DNA of 64,000 nucleotides from Bryobacterales bacterium. GTDB taxonomy: Bacteria > Acidobacteriota > Terriglobia > Bryobacterales > UBA6623. The notes below the pieces were generated by a model, which saw only the letters and a program-made list of their open reading frames with translations, was not told the DNA's origin and did not search any database. A program made the position numbers and the translations under genes. Below, piece by piece: positions 63,540-64,000 of this stretch; the stretch's first letter is position 1; each line of letters begins with the position of its first letter. Where the stretch lies: NCBI GenBank assembly GCA_965204435.1, contig OZ241997.1:3076550-3140549 (forward strand). The letters run 5' to 3'.

Positions 63540-63683
63540 AATTTATTGTTACTACAGTCAATCGGATTGTCCAAGTCGAGGCCGGGACCATAGCCCGGCA
63601 TTCACCGTCCCTTCTCGCGACACGCGGCCGACGAGCGGATGTCGCGAAGAGTAGTTGGCGGACGACTAGCGTGCCCAGCGTTT

Positions 63684-63734
63684 CCTTTACACATCCGCAG
63701 GGCCTGCGCCATGCTATTGGGCATGCGCAGGGCG
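63684..63734. repeat. right copy of the 51-bp direct repeat; includes the start codon of the sulfatase gene
   Basis: The sequence is CCTTTACACATCCGCAGGGCCTGCGCCATGCTATTGGGCATGCGCAGGGCG. See the left copy at 62963-63013. Confidence 0.6.
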
Positions 63735-64000
63735 TTGCTGGCAATCCTGATGTGCGGGGCCTGCTCTGGGCCCGATGGGAGTGTCGCACCGGCCGGAGAG
63801 CAACAGCCGCCAAACTTCGTGGTCATCCTGGCGGACGATCTGGGCTACGCCGATGTCGGGTTCCAAGGGCTGCGGGACTTCGCAACGCCGAACATCGACC
63901 GCCTTGCCGCCACGGGCGTACGCTTCACCAACGCCTACGTGAGCCACCCGTACTGCAGCCCGTCACGGGCCGGGCTGCTCACTGGGCGCTACCAGCATCG
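63711..64000 (+). CDS. arylsulfatase, N-terminal part (gene runs off the right edge)
   Basis: The frame is open from ATG 63711 to the window end. It reads [20 protein letters not shown]...[17 protein letters not shown]...[21 protein letters not shown], which includes the CxPxR motif. Confidence 0.85.
   Translation, partial: MLLGMRRALLAILMCGACSGPDGSVAPAGEQQPPNFVVILADDLGYADVGFQGLRDFATPNIDRLAATGVRFTNAYVSHPYCSPSRAGLLTGRYQH

Overview
Visibly GC-rich, gene-dense bacterial chromosomal DNA. An Acidobacteriota origin is most likely (inference, not verified). The grounds are three very large TonB-dependent receptors that begin with a carboxypeptidase-regulatory-like domain, a VWFA-related 'acidobacterial' domain protein at the left edge, and many secreted glycan and sulfate-ester hydrolases. 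Layout: 0-17.5 kb holds envelope and housekeeping genes, a GH2 enzyme, a sulfatase and a tightly packed six-gene minus-strand operon (membrane protein, MotA/ExbB-like channel, DUF2149, 1315-aa CobN-like chelatase, TonB-dependent receptor, beta-propeller). 17.5-33.4 kb holds mixed metabolism genes (creatininase-family, MFS, speA, acyl-CoA ligase, pyrF, serine hydrolase, sulfatase-HEAT fusion, nrdR, BNR-4-like protein, second receptor). 33.4-36.4 kb holds a 2.09-kb IS3-family element carrying a third ORF, inserted into a decayed DUF3800-like gene. 36.5-41 kb holds the conserved rpmH-rnpA-yidD-yidC-jag-mnmE block. 41-48 kb holds purS, a GlmS paralogue with a degenerate glutaminase site, an M48 peptidase, a class-V PLP enzyme, GH32 and an R2-like di-iron protein. 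48-51 kb holds an IS1634-family element and vapB with a decayed vapC. 51-58.5 kb holds an MFS transporter, a GH29 fucosidase, the third receptor and DJ-1/PfpI. 58.5-64 kb is an accessory patch with hicAB, a GMC oxidoreductase, an LRR protein, brnTA (brnT frameshifted) bracketed by 51-bp direct repeats, and the start of another sulfatase. No rRNA, tRNA or CRISPR array was recognised. The ORF track uses ATG, GTG and TTG starts, and several starts were moved downstream to signal peptides or ribosome-binding sites. All product calls rest on motif recognition by eye, because no database search was possible.
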